A DNA stretch of 64,000 bases from an uncultured Chloroflexia bacterium (GTDB taxonomy: Bacteria; Chloroflexota; Dehalococcoidia; GIF9; AB-539-J10). Positions 42,735-52,054 of the stretch are shown here, in pieces. The stretch covers positions 17,445 to 81,444 of the forward strand of contig CAVSBM010000005.1 in NCBI GenBank assembly GCA_963726175.1, in the 5' to 3' direction. The notes under the pieces were generated by a model, which ran no database searches, was not told where the DNA came from, and saw only the letters and a list, made by a program, of their open reading frames with translations. Each line of letters opens with the position of its first letter. Position 1 is the first letter of the stretch. Both the position numbers and the translations under genes were made by a program.

Positions 42735-43859
42735 CTACTCAGCCGGCTTCTCTATGTTCTCCGTCGTTTTTTCTTTTACAGCTGCTGTCTCGTAAGACTG
42801 AGCTAATTTTGTGACTTGTTTTCGTGTTTTGGCTCTTCCTGCCCTGTTCTTTTGCAACTCTTTCAGGAACGGGGTCGGCTCCCAACGTTTCCGTGCAATC
42901 TCAACAATGCGATTGACCAGCATTGTGTGCCCCATACCAGCCTGCAGTGCAGCCAAAGCAAAGGCACTAGTCCGTTCCAGATAGGGATTGGCATTGACCT
43001 CAACGACAATTGGTATCCCATCAGCGGAAAGCCTAATATCTACCCTGGCGTAATCCTGTACTTTCAAGGCATAGGCTGCCTCTCGGCCAGCCATGATTAA
43101 GCGTGCTCGTACCTCAGGAGCTAGTTCCGTGGCAACGATAGCATTGACGGCCCTAAACTGAAGGCTAGCTTCATCTGATTTTGCCTCATGCCCGTAAATG
43201 CGTGGATATCCGCCGGGAAGTTTGGCAAAATCAAGCTCCATCAGTGGTAGTATCTCGGCGGGGTCATTGCCCAAAATGCCGACATAGAACTCGCGTCCTT
43301 CGATGTATTCCTCCACCAGGGCGGGTACCTTCAGTTGCGCTTGGATAAAGCTGATACGCTCAATAAGCTTAGAATATTCGGTTACCAGGGAAGAATCATC
43401 AATACCCAGGGAAGTGTCTCCATGCAAAGGTTTAACAAACAAGGGGAAACGCATCTTGCCGGCGAATTCAAGGTTATCCTTGTCAAAAGTGGCGTAATTT
43501 GGATAAGGTACTCCGTGAAACTTCAAGAGTTTCTTCGTTACAGCCTTGTCTTGTCTCAATGCCATCCCTGCCGGGCCAGTTCCCGTAAAAGGTTGGCCAA
43601 GCATGGCAAGAACGGCCGTAACATGCATTTCATATGCATCGTTACCAGCAAACCTCTCGCAGAGATTGAACACAAGGTCGGGTCGTTTGTCATCAAGTTT
43701 GTCCAGAAGTTCGCGTAAATCGTCGCTTATTCCGATTAATGATACTTTGTGCCCGCCTTCGGACAAAGCTTTTGCGACCTCGTCTACCACTTCATCGTGC
43801 CATGGGTCTCCTTGGCTGCGCTCTTCCCAGAACAGAACGGACACCTTGAGGTTATCCAA
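42735..43859 (-). CDS. ATP-grasp ligase of the D-alanine--D-alanine ligase family
   Basis: 374 aa. Pre-ATP-grasp domain, KKLLKFHGVPYP, FVKPLHGDTSLGI, VEEYIEGREF and VEVNANP motifs. Confidence 0.8.
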   Translation of the reverse strand: MDNLKVSVLFWEERSQGDPWHDEVVDEVAKALSEGGHKVSLIGISDDLRELLDKLDDKRPDLVFNLCERFAGNDAYEMHVTAVLAMLGQPFTGTGPAGMALRQDKAVTKKLLKFHGVPYPNYATFDKDNLEFAGKMRFPLFVKPLHGDTSLGIDDSSLVTEYSKLIERISFIQAQLKVPALVEEYIEGREFYVGILGNDPAEILPLMELDFAKLPGGYPRIYGHEAKSDEASLQFRAVNAIVATELAPEVRARLIMAGREAAYALKVQDYARVDIRLSADGIPIVVEVNANPYLERTSAFALAALQAGMGHTMLVNRIVEIARKRWEPTPFLKELQKNRAGRAKTRKQVTKLAQSYETAAVKEKTTENIEKPAE

Positions 43860-43889
43860 TTTATTTCACCTCCCTCCAATCAGGACATA

Positions 43890-44951
43890 TCATGTTTCTA
43901 CAAATTGACCCCGGTACAGGTAGTTCATGACCAGTGTGGTGATGAATACCGACACACTCATCATTTGTGTTGCGGTTTTTTCAGGTTCTATCTTGAGCCC
44001 CAGGAATTGGACCCGCTCGAGCAATTCATCGATTAGAGCACTCAGCAGCTCACGGTTAATACCAGTCCAGTAATTCACCTCTCGAATCAGTTGTTTGCGA
44101 TTAGCCTGAAGTATGTCCACCGCCGGTTGTCCTTGATCTGCGGGCAACAGCCTTCGCAAGTCGTTGTTGAGAGTGCGATGGAGGTTGAGACTGATGTGGT
44201 TAGTATCTCTACCCGTTTCGTACCATCTATCTAGAGTCATCGCCAACTCTTGTACAGGCATATCCAGCTTCTCATCAGTGACGACGGGCGGCCTCTGACC
44301 GTATTTGCGTACCATTTTGTCAACATACATTAATTTAGCCAGAGCTGGAGTGTCAGCGTACTGTTTCTGCCAATCTGAGCCAGGCGTGAGCCATACAGCG
44401 AAGGTTTCCGCAAAATCCTCATCAGGATGTTTCTCTGCGTACCATCCGGGTATATGACGCACAAACTTGGTGCTAAAAGGTACTGGCTGATAATTCTCCT
44501 GGTAGGGCTGCGAAAATCTCCCGAAAAGCTGGCGCCATTCTGGCTTCCTGTATAAGCGATATGCATAACTGAATGCATGTCCGGCCTCATGACGGAGATA
44601 CATCATCACTTCCGCTTCGTCTTCAGCTTCTATGCCAGTCAATTGACCTTCCAGCTTACACAATTCCGGGTCGGCTAGGTAGAATGGAATCCCTATCACG
44701 GGAACCCCATGAGGACAGCCCCATTCATCAGCCAGATATGTTTTTGGTTTGAAGGAGATGCCTGCTTTTTCCAACTCTTGATGGAGTTCACCGATAAGTG
44801 CCTCAAGTCGTGTGCCCTGAATCTTGAGTGATAGGTCACTAATCTTCCGGGATAATAATTCTTGTTGCTCTTTATTCAGAACTTTTTTCCCGGCAGTCTC
44901 ACGAAATTCCGATGGATTCATACTTTTCTCACCGGTTTTACTAATTCGCAT
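43890..44951 (-). CDS. Putative zinc metallopeptidase (HExxH)
   Basis: 353 aa: MMYLRHEAGHAF (HExxH) and a downstream PDEDFAETFAVWL motif. Lies 30 nt upstream of the ATP-grasp gene on the same strand. Confidence 0.65.
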   Translation of the reverse strand: MRISKTGEKSMNPSEFRETAGKKVLNKEQQELLSRKISDLSLKIQGTRLEALIGELHQELEKAGISFKPKTYLADEWGCPHGVPVIGIPFYLADPELCKLEGQLTGIEAEDEAEVMMYLRHEAGHAFSYAYRLYRKPEWRQLFGRFSQPYQENYQPVPFSTKFVRHIPGWYAEKHPDEDFAETFAVWLTPGSDWQKQYADTPALAKLMYVDKMVRKYGQRPPVVTDEKLDMPVQELAMTLDRWYETGRDTNHISLNLHRTLNNDLRRLLPADQGQPAVDILQANRKQLIREVNYWTGINRELLSALIDELLERVQFLGLKIEPEKTATQMMSVSVFITTLVMNYLYRGQFVET

Positions 44952-45133
44952 TTGTACAATTCGATGAATATTTATACTTTACTGTAGCTCAACTCCAGTC
45001 AAATACACAAAGTGTGACTAAGCTGCTGTTCAAATACTCCAGTTCGGCGCGATTCTATAAGCTCCAGACCGGAAAGTACTTGCGTAACATATAATTGAAA
45101 AGACGTTTTAGGTCCTTAGGGTCATTTAGCAAA

Positions 45134-45340
45134 TTACTCTTCAAGAATAAACGTTATCTTCATCTGAACCCGGTACTCGGTTATTTTGCCCTTTCCATCG
45201 ACTAGAACTTCCTGATTCCAAATCCACGCTCCCCTAACATTTTCAAGAGTCTTTTGAGCACGAGCAATTCCTTTTTTCATTGCATCATCAAAGCTAACTT
45301 TGGAAGATGATTTGACTTCAGTAATTCTTGAAATAGACAT
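45134..45340 (-). CDS. Dodecin-family flavin-binding protein
   Basis: 68 aa: ITEVKSSSKVSFDDAMKKGIARAQKTLENVRGAWI...YRVQMKITF. Confidence 0.8.
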   Translation of the reverse strand: MSISRITEVKSSSKVSFDDAMKKGIARAQKTLENVRGAWIWNQEVLVDGKGKITEYRVQMKITFILEE

Positions 45341-45441
45341 TAGAGCCTCCTTCGATGTTCAATATTTGATTAGATTGTAGTATGGTATGTTGTGGAATCT
45401 AACCAAATTAATCCTGGCGTCTTTACACTGTGGACTTTACT

Positions 45442-45621
45442 TTATTTCTCTTCGATTTCGGCTATGGGTGCATTTTTCTTAACGGATTCAATACCAGCCT
45501 TAGCGCTCTCTTTTGATTTATAGCCTTCTCCGCCGGTGGCTATGGTTTGTCCGTTAGATGCCACTAATCTCCAACGAAATTCACCTTTTGTATCTTTGTA
45601 GAGTTCGAATTTAGCTGCCAT
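45442..45621 (-). CDS. YegP/DUF1508-family small protein (59 aa, below the ORF-track cutoff)
   Basis: My own translation: MAAKFELYKDTKGEFRWRLVASNGQTIATGGEGYKSKESAKAGIESVKKNAPIAEIEEK*. RBS GAAAGGAGGGAACAAC precedes the ATG. Confidence 0.8.
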   Translation of the reverse strand: MAAKFELYKDTKGEFRWRLVASNGQTIATGGEGYKSKESAKAGIESVKKNAPIAEIEEK

Positions 45622-45665
45622 GTTGTTCCCTCCTTTCTTATGCTTTTTCTTGAACCTCGTTATAT

Positions 45666-45839
45666 TCAGATGTTAAGACTAATGTCTATTCTTACTCGCC
45701 GCACCAGCCAGACAATCAGCAAGATGATTCCAATCACAAGTAAAACCCAGAGGAACGGACCTGCTATGAAGTGGAGAAGTAGACCCAGCAACCACACAAT
45801 CAATAGGATAACACCAATAATCACGAGCAACCTTAACAT
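45666..45839 (-). CDS. lmo0937-family small membrane protein (57 aa, below the ORF-track cutoff)
   Basis: My own translation: MLRLLVIIGVILLIVWLLGLLLHFIAGPFLWVLLVIGIILLIVWLVRRVRIDISLNI*. RBS AAAGGAGG is 6 nt upstream. Confidence 0.7.
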   Translation of the reverse strand: MLRLLVIIGVILLIVWLLGLLLHFIAGPFLWVLLVIGIILLIVWLVRRVRIDISLNI

Positions 45840-46001
45840 ATTGACCTCCTTTTACTTATCGGCACTACTCACTTAGCTGCCCAGCAAGGTGAGCCTGTTT
45901 GGTTATTATACAACCCTCCCTGATAATGACGCTCTGTGTTATGCAAGGCACAAGCAAAACACTATTTATCGGTGGCTAACTCAGCACCACCAGAGTCATC
46001 T

Positions 46002-46160
46002 TTACCTGAGGTACGCTATAATAGCCATTATGCCAATGATGATTAGATAGATACCAACCAAATAATTTAGTATCTTGGGGAAAATCATAACAATAACGCC
46101 GAAAATAAGGCTTGCTATCCCCATCCATAGACCTAAAGCTGGAAACGTAATTGCTGGCAT
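46002..46160 (-). CDS. DUF3096-family small membrane protein (52 aa from the ATG at 46160)
   Basis: MPAITFPALGLWMGIASLIFGVIVMIFPKILNYLVGIYLIIIGIMAIIAYLR. RBS AAAGGAGG precedes this ATG; the ORF track starts 30 nt further upstream. Confidence 0.7.
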   Translation of the reverse strand: MPAITFPALGLWMGIASLIFGVIVMIFPKILNYLVGIYLIIIGIMAIIAYLR

Positions 46161-46188
46161 TAGAATTTTACCTCCTTTCTTTAGATTC

Positions 46189-46217
46189 AAAAAAAATTGG
46201 GTGAAACTTGTCTCACC
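46189..46217 (-). terminator. Rho-independent terminator after the 58-aa gene
   Basis: On the minus strand: GGGTGA-GACAAGTT-TCACCC followed by AATTTTTTTT (A run 46189-46196 on the plus strand). Confidence 0.7.
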
Positions 46218-46260
46218 CTAAAAAATAAAAGCCAAATCTTACCCGGCTTTATACTGAGCG

Positions 46261-46437
46261 CTAGAACCTTTTCCACCAACTCGTTTTCTTTTTTTCCTTA
46301 GATTCATTTGGGGTCTTGTAATGCTTAATAATTTCTTTGATAGCTTCTTCGTTGCTTTTCTTGTTGTGTTCGATTCTGTAACCCTCGACGATCTTATCCT
46401 CTTCGTCTGATAATTCAATCTGGACTCTTACTGTCAT
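46261..46437 (-). CDS. Hypothetical small protein (58 aa), possibly ribbon-helix-helix-like
   Basis: My own translation: MTVRVQIELSDEEDKIVEGYRIEHNKKSNEEAIKEIIKHYKTPNESKEKKKTSWWKRF*. Followed by a clean terminator. No confident family assignment. Confidence 0.5.
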   Translation of the reverse strand: MTVRVQIELSDEEDKIVEGYRIEHNKKSNEEAIKEIIKHYKTPNESKEKKKTSWWKRF

Positions 46438-46737
46438 GCTATTTAGCTCCTGTAATTACTATTAGCCGGGATTTCCCACTTCAATTCGCAACTAATCGGT
46501 TGTCGACCGTCATCGCCCTTGAGCATCATATTATGTACATTTATATACCATAGCTATACAGCTGTCAATATCCCCTCCGAGCTATCCAGTTCTACTGGAG
46601 TGTCCCCTTATCCGGGGGCTGTCACCCACTAATTAGATACTAGTGATGTGTGGCCGGGTAACAAACCGCCCTATTGTTACTTTTTACGGGACAAGGCTTG
46701 GTATTGCAGTTTCAGAGGGTTTGCCGTTATTAATTTG

Positions 46738-47382
46738 TCAGGATTGAGGCTTTGGCTCCCGTCTCAGTAGAACGCGTAGAAAATGGACTGCTACTACTTC
46801 CACCCAGACTAGCGCGTTGAGTATTATGATTCGCTCATACAACCCGAACCAGCCTGTCTGCTCAGTAAAAAATGCCGCTATTATCAGGCCGAAAGCTAGA
46901 ATACCGGCAACGAGTGTATAGATAAAAATGTTCTTCCAATTCGGGGTACTCCTGAAGCTGGGTGCCAGCAACAGTATGGCGATAGGGAATAACAAGCCAA
47001 GTCCATAAGATGCTATGGCGTGGATTGTTCCGTCAATAGTACGCAGAGCTCCCGGGGCATCCATATGAAAAGCAGCAATCAGCATCAGGACGAAGCCACA
47101 GAGAGCAAGAAGTACAATGCCGGCAAGGAAGCCCCGGGCTCTACGAATGTTGAAAAAGAGCCCGGCGACAAAGATCTCCAACAGCAAGCCCATAGCCAGA
47201 AAGCAAATTGATTGTAGCCAGCCTATGCGAGTCAACGCCAGGCTGCTGACCGTATCACGGACCGGGCTGTAACCGGGAATGGACAACGATGCTGCGAGGT
47301 CCCCGACAATCACCACAATGGGCCCCACGATACCGACTAGAGCCGGGACGCTGTTGACATTCAGACGTCTAGACATGGACAT
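46738..47382 (-). CDS. DUF998-family membrane protein
   Basis: 214 aa with 6 hydrophobic segments. N-terminal motif: PIVVIVGDLAASLSIPGYSPVRDTVSSLA. Confidence 0.7.
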   Translation of the reverse strand: MSMSRRLNVNSVPALVGIVGPIVVIVGDLAASLSIPGYSPVRDTVSSLALTRIGWLQSICFLAMGLLLEIFVAGLFFNIRRARGFLAGIVLLALCGFVLMLIAAFHMDAPGALRTIDGTIHAIASYGLGLLFPIAILLLAPSFRSTPNWKNIFIYTLVAGILAFGLIIAAFFTEQTGWFGLYERIIILNALVWVEVVAVHFLRVLLRREPKPQS

Positions 47383-47587
47383 TAGCCTTCACATACCGAG
47401 CGTGTTTGCTGCAATTTGCTCGGCAAGCGACGATATACATAATACCTCTCCATATTCTAGCAAACATATCCATGCGAAGTACACACTCCGCTAGGAAGTG
47501 CAACGGCATGTAGAAGCGTGACAGGACACCTCATGGTGTCATATAGGAAACCGCGCATCCAACCGAGATACAAACCTACTGCTCTGA

Positions 47588-48100
47588 CTACTGTGTCTTC
47601 AGATAGTAAACATGGTCACAGCAATCATCGCCCATCATCAAGGTCTTGGTTCTAGAGAAACTGATCGTGGGATTGAACGATGAAGCCATGGAAGCGTCGC
47701 CCTCACACAGCACCCAAAAACCAATATCTTCGGCATTTAGTTCTCTGAAGGCTTCTGCCCACATACAACGTGTAAAGCGATACGCTTGACGGGTATCGGA
47801 ATCTTCGAGTTTTATCCACTCGTGGCTACCAATACATATGTGTTCTATTGCAGAACACAGAGAACGTAGTGAATTATCGTCTGCTGTTTTGGCCCTTTCT
47901 TTGCCTGCTTCAGCCCATGATTCAACAAATGCACGGCGAATTGTCTGAACACCTGCGTCGCCGTATACTGCTTGCACAGCTCGAATAGCCAAAACAAGAT
48001 TACTAGCTCCGGCGAAAATCTTAGCCTGGAGTTTGCCCAAGAATGCTTCTTCAACGGCTTCAGACACTGCCTCTGGTAGAATTTTCCGTAATGAACCCAT
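47588..48100 (-). CDS. L-2-amino-thiazoline-4-carboxylic acid hydrolase-like protein
   Basis: 170 aa. C-terminal FTRCMWAEAFRELNAEDIGFWVLCEGDASMASSFNP...GDDCCDH motif, typical of this family. Confidence 0.6.
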   Translation of the reverse strand: MGSLRKILPEAVSEAVEEAFLGKLQAKIFAGASNLVLAIRAVQAVYGDAGVQTIRRAFVESWAEAGKERAKTADDNSLRSLCSAIEHICIGSHEWIKLEDSDTRQAYRFTRCMWAEAFRELNAEDIGFWVLCEGDASMASSFNPTISFSRTKTLMMGDDCCDHVYYLKTQ

Positions 48101-48250
48101 ATCTTCCTCCTTGTCCCTATTCTATTTGCCAGCCTGCTGGTTTGGCCACACGTACTGTACGAGTTTGCAGTACCAATGAGGGTGCCGATAGGTCTTCTAG
48201 GATTTCATTCATATTTGCTCCCAAAGAATTACCTTGACGTTTCATAGCAA

Positions 48251-48668
48251 TTAGCTTGTTCGGCGCATTTGACGCATAAGACCCCAGACGTCGAGCAATT
48301 GCCAGTTCTCAATCACCTTGCCGTCTTCAAAACGATAGATATTAATCGCGTTCCATTCAATTCGTTTTCCCGTACCAGGGACGCCAAGAAATTTCACCCC
48401 GATGTGTCCCAGTCCCTCGTAGGTGGACAACCACGCGGTCATCCTTAGCCACAATTTGTACAATCTCGTAGTGAATGTCCGGTATACCACTAAGGACCAT
48501 CTGTACAAGATTTACCGGACCGTCGGTACCCGATACCTCGGGGAGCGCGCCAGCTAGGTCATGACGTTTAAAATTGGGGTGTGTTAATTCAGCTAGTTGA
48601 GATAATTTCCGCTGGTTTATTAAATCTACGGTACGTTTGATAATACCGATGTTCTGTTCTTCAGACAT
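48251..48668 (-). pseudogene. SnoaL-like ester cyclase, frameshifted at an A run near 48390
   Basis: 48357-48668 reads ...DRVVVHLRGTGTHRGE, then 48251-48508 reads FLGVPGTGKRIEWNAINIYRFEDGKVIENW. Removing one A from GAAATTT restores GTHRGEFLGVPGTGKRIEW. Confidence 0.75.
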
Positions 48669-48879
48669 GAGTATCTATCCTCCTGATCTTATTACTGAAC
48701 CCACGGTGATAATGATACTACTTCCTGCGTCCCTTTCCTAGGTTGAAAATGTTATCTGCCTTCTATGTCTGCAGGCTCCGGAAGGTGTAATCTCTTGTGC
48801 CTATCTAATGACGGTGCTAGAATCGGCGCACCAAAAGGAAAAGGGGGTTAATTCATGAGCATTATTATGGTAGAAACGT

Positions 48880-49179
48880 ATGTTGTGCACTGCAGACAAA
48901 TCCACGGAGTTTACGACATTACTGAATGAGTTTCTCAAATTCAAGAAAGCTCACCCACAGCTTTTCAAAGGTGTAAAGTCATGGAAGCTCTATAAGCAGG
49001 ATTATGGGCAACCTGCTGGTATGTATGTAGAGATGTGGGAGTATGAGAATCTGGCACAACTAGAAGAGACCAATAGCCGAATCTTCTCAGATGAAGGGAT
49101 TAAGAAGATCAGCACAGCCTTTCATAAACTCGTTGAACCAGCGACTTTTTCCGCAGCTATATGGAGCAAGGTGGCTTAA
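48880..49179 (+). CDS. Small alpha+beta-barrel-like protein; the N terminus may continue from the ATG at 48855 in another frame
   Basis: 99 aa. A better RBS (AAGGGGG) precedes ATG 48855 (MSIIMVETYVVH...), which runs into the 48880 frame, suggesting another indel. Confidence 0.5.
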   Translation: MLCTADKSTEFTTLLNEFLKFKKAHPQLFKGVKSWKLYKQDYGQPAGMYVEMWEYENLAQLEETNSRIFSDEGIKKISTAFHKLVEPATFSAAIWSKVA

Positions 49180-49220
49180 AGCTCCAGTTTCTATATACGC
49201 TGTGGGAAGGGAGTATCACT

Positions 49221-50093
49221 ATGAACACTGAGATCTATCCTTTCAAGGTGGGTGGTTTTGAATGCATGGCCATCAATGATGGAAATTTTACATACGAACC
49301 GCCGCTCATCCCACCGCCGGCTGATTTCCTTTTCGCCAACGCGCCGACAAAACTACTTAAAGAGGTACTGAACGACCACGGCATACAGCCGGAGGAATGG
49401 ATGGCGTTTGTGAGCCCGTTTACCTGTGTGATGGTCAACACAGGCCGGCATAAGGTGCTAGTGGATACGGGCGCAGACGGTCTTACCCGGAACACAGGGA
49501 GACTTCTTCACAACCTGCGAGCCGTGGGTATTGAGGCTGGTGACATAGACACAGTCGTTCTGACCCACGGTCATGACGACCACGTCGGCGGGAACACCGA
49601 CGCTCACGGCAAGCCGGCTTTTCCCAAAGCCCGCTATGTTATGTGGAAGGAAGAGTGGACTTTCTGGACTTCGGAACAACCTGAGACTCTTTATGGAAAC
49701 GAAGACTTCACATTTACACGCAAGAACCTGCTCCCCATTCAAAATCAAATGGACCTAATTGACCATGAAGTGGAAATCGTGCCTGGTATCCGCGCAATCC
49801 CGGCACCAGGGCACACACCCGGTCATATGGTTGTGTCCGTCTCTTCGAGTGAAAAGCAATTGCTTTGTATATCTGATGCGTTTCTGCATCCCATTCACAT
49901 CGAGCATCCGGAATGGCATGCGGCCATTGACTTGGCGCCTGAGCAGCTTACGAAGACAAGGAACCTCTTATTGAACAAGGCTGCAACTGAAAAAGCTTTG
50001 ATGCTTGCCTTTCATTTTCCATTTCCGGGTCTCGGCCACGTGGTCCGAAAGGGAACGGGGTGGCAATGGCAACCGATCCGAAAGCTGGCTTAG
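49221..50093 (+). CDS. MBL-fold metallo-hydrolase
   Basis: LTHGHDDHVGG (HxHxDH), PAPGHTPGH. Start taken at ATG 49221 (MNTEIYPFKVGGFECMAINDG) with RBS GGGAAGGGAG. Confidence 0.8.
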   Translation: MNTEIYPFKVGGFECMAINDGNFTYEPPLIPPPADFLFANAPTKLLKEVLNDHGIQPEEWMAFVSPFTCVMVNTGRHKVLVDTGADGLTRNTGRLLHNLRAVGIEAGDIDTVVLTHGHDDHVGGNTDAHGKPAFPKARYVMWKEEWTFWTSEQPETLYGNEDFTFTRKNLLPIQNQMDLIDHEVEIVPGIRAIPAPGHTPGHMVVSVSSSEKQLLCISDAFLHPIHIEHPEWHAAIDLAPEQLTKTRNLLLNKAATEKALMLAFHFPFPGLGHVVRKGTGWQWQPIRKLA

Positions 50094-50185
50094 GGCCGAC
50101 CGCTCCCCATTCCAACCTTGGCAACTATGATCTAGGAACTGGCACGACCGTTGGCAGCAGTTCAACTTAATCCTTACCCGTCAAC

Positions 50186-50539
50186 TCACTTGAATTCTAC
50201 TTTCAGCCTCTCCACTTCGTTCCAGACCTCTCCTTTTCGGGATCCAGGAACAATTAGAGCGTCCCATTTGGGGAACCACGCTTCTGCGACTTTGGATAGC
50301 TCTGGATCTTCATTCACAGTCTTCCTCCACTTGTCATAATCTTCGCGGCGTTTGTATTCATCCAGGAACATCCAGTTTTCTTCGGAGGAGCCTTTTTCAG
50401 TGTAGGTGAAAAAGCGAGATCTAGTGTAGTAGACCTTTTCTGGATGAGACTTCTGGTAGTCCATCATCTCGCGCCAAACCTTGAATTGCTCGTCACTTTT
50501 CTCTTTGGGAATACGCCATCTAACAATATTTACGAACAA
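50186..50539 (-). CDS. Hypothetical protein (117 aa, Trp/Lys/Glu-rich, alpha+beta-barrel-like)
   Basis: TTG start with a strong RBS (AAGGAGGTG). No family recognised. Confidence 0.55.
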   Translation of the reverse strand: MFVNIVRWRIPKEKSDEQFKVWREMMDYQKSHPEKVYYTRSRFFTYTEKGSSEENWMFLDEYKRREDYDKWRKTVNEDPELSKVAEAWFPKWDALIVPGSRKGEVWNEVERLKVEFK

Positions 50540-50864
50540 ATTAATACACCTCCTTTTTCATTGTTCTAGCTATCCTTCCGATTGATGCTATAGAAACCGA
50601 GCTAAAGCATACCACAAACAAGACACAGGAAATAAATGGCTTAACATTCTGAGTTTTTCTGGACTGCTGGCTGCCCTGTTACACAGACAGATGTGGCGAG
50701 GGCCAGTTGTCTCAACGCAGGCTGGTGCCTTTGTGCGTACTGCCTGCCCAAGGTAATTGAACTGCCACAAACTAGCTCAAGTTAGCAAGTCTGCCGATAT
50801 ATTGACTGTACCCAAGCTGAGGTTGTACTGTACAATGCAACAGCCCGTCAAGAGGAAGATCCGC

Positions 50865-51878
50865 ATGAGCCAGAAGAGGTCTGTGTCTCCGTCGCTCGGT
50901 ATTGTCTATGACCTGGAATATGGGGTCTGGAAAGCCACAGCACTTTGCGCTGCTTTGGAGTTGGATGTATTTACAGTTATAGCCAACGGCAATCATACCG
51001 GACCTTCTATTGCCGAAGAAGCAGAATGTGATCAACGAGGGATGCGAATCTTGCTCGATGCGCTCTGTTCATTGAAGTTGCTTCGAAAGCGCAAGGGCGA
51101 CTACCTCCTGACGCCTGTATCCGAGGGTTTCCTTGTTCGGGGCAAGCCAGCGTACTATGGCGAATGGTGCTTGCGTACGCAATTGGCATTTGACATTAGA
51201 AGTCGAGTAGCTGATGGCATAAGAAGGGGCAGGGTAGTCGGCATCGATGCTTCACAGCCTAGCTCCAGCAACCTCTGGAAAAGCGATATCTCACGTGCGT
51301 TGTACACATGGCCTCTGGAAGCCATACAGGCTCGGCAGATGTGGCGAACACTGGGGGTAACACGTCGCCGCAAGCCCTCTCCACAGATCCTCGATATAGC
51401 GTGTGGCTCTGGCGTAAACAGCTTTGTACTGGCTCAAGCTGATCCGGGTGCCCGGGTTACAGCTTTCGACCTCTCGGATGTACTTGAAGTGACTCGCCAG
51501 GTTGCGGAGGCCATGAGCGTGGCGGAACAGGTTGAGTTTCGGTCAGGTGATGTTCTGACTTCTGATTTCGGCACCGATTGCTTCGACATTGTGTTGCTCG
51601 GTAAGATTCTGTACTACTTTCATGCTGAGCATGCGGCAGATATATTGCGTTGTGTCCACTCAGCCCTGAGGAAGGACGGCTTGATTGTTATCAGCACTTA
51701 TATCGGCGATAACCGAAGTTGCAGAGACGAGCGAGCCTTGATGGCTGCCCTGCAACTCTTCATCTTTGCTCCAGAAAGCCACGTCTACACCTTTTCTGAG
51801 TATCGCGACTTGCTGAAGCGAGCAGGCTTCAGAGGAGTTGTTCGACATACTGAGACCCTTATAACCGGAACGAAATAA
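50865..51878 (+). CDS. O-methyltransferase (class I SAM-dependent, with an N-terminal dimerisation-type domain)
   Basis: Motif I ILDIACGSGVNSFVLA, acidic loop VTAFDL. N-terminal helical domain (AALELDVFTVIA). Alternative starts at 50835 and 50757. Confidence 0.75.
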   Translation: MSQKRSVSPSLGIVYDLEYGVWKATALCAALELDVFTVIANGNHTGPSIAEEAECDQRGMRILLDALCSLKLLRKRKGDYLLTPVSEGFLVRGKPAYYGEWCLRTQLAFDIRSRVADGIRRGRVVGIDASQPSSSNLWKSDISRALYTWPLEAIQARQMWRTLGVTRRRKPSPQILDIACGSGVNSFVLAQADPGARVTAFDLSDVLEVTRQVAEAMSVAEQVEFRSGDVLTSDFGTDCFDIVLLGKILYYFHAEHAADILRCVHSALRKDGLIVISTYIGDNRSCRDERALMAALQLFIFAPESHVYTFSEYRDLLKRAGFRGVVRHTETLITGTK

Positions 51879-52054
51879 GACCTGAGAGTCCGTGGATGAA
51901 GTACTTCTGGTGTTATTAGGGTCAGAAGAAAGAGAGAGCAGTTGCCAGTCTGAATCAGACGCAATCCGAGTCTTTGGGTAAGTCGCCGGGGCGCAAAGAA
52001 GCATAACGCGATAGATTCCAGGTGAAGCATAAGGGGCCAGTGATAAGGTGAGAA

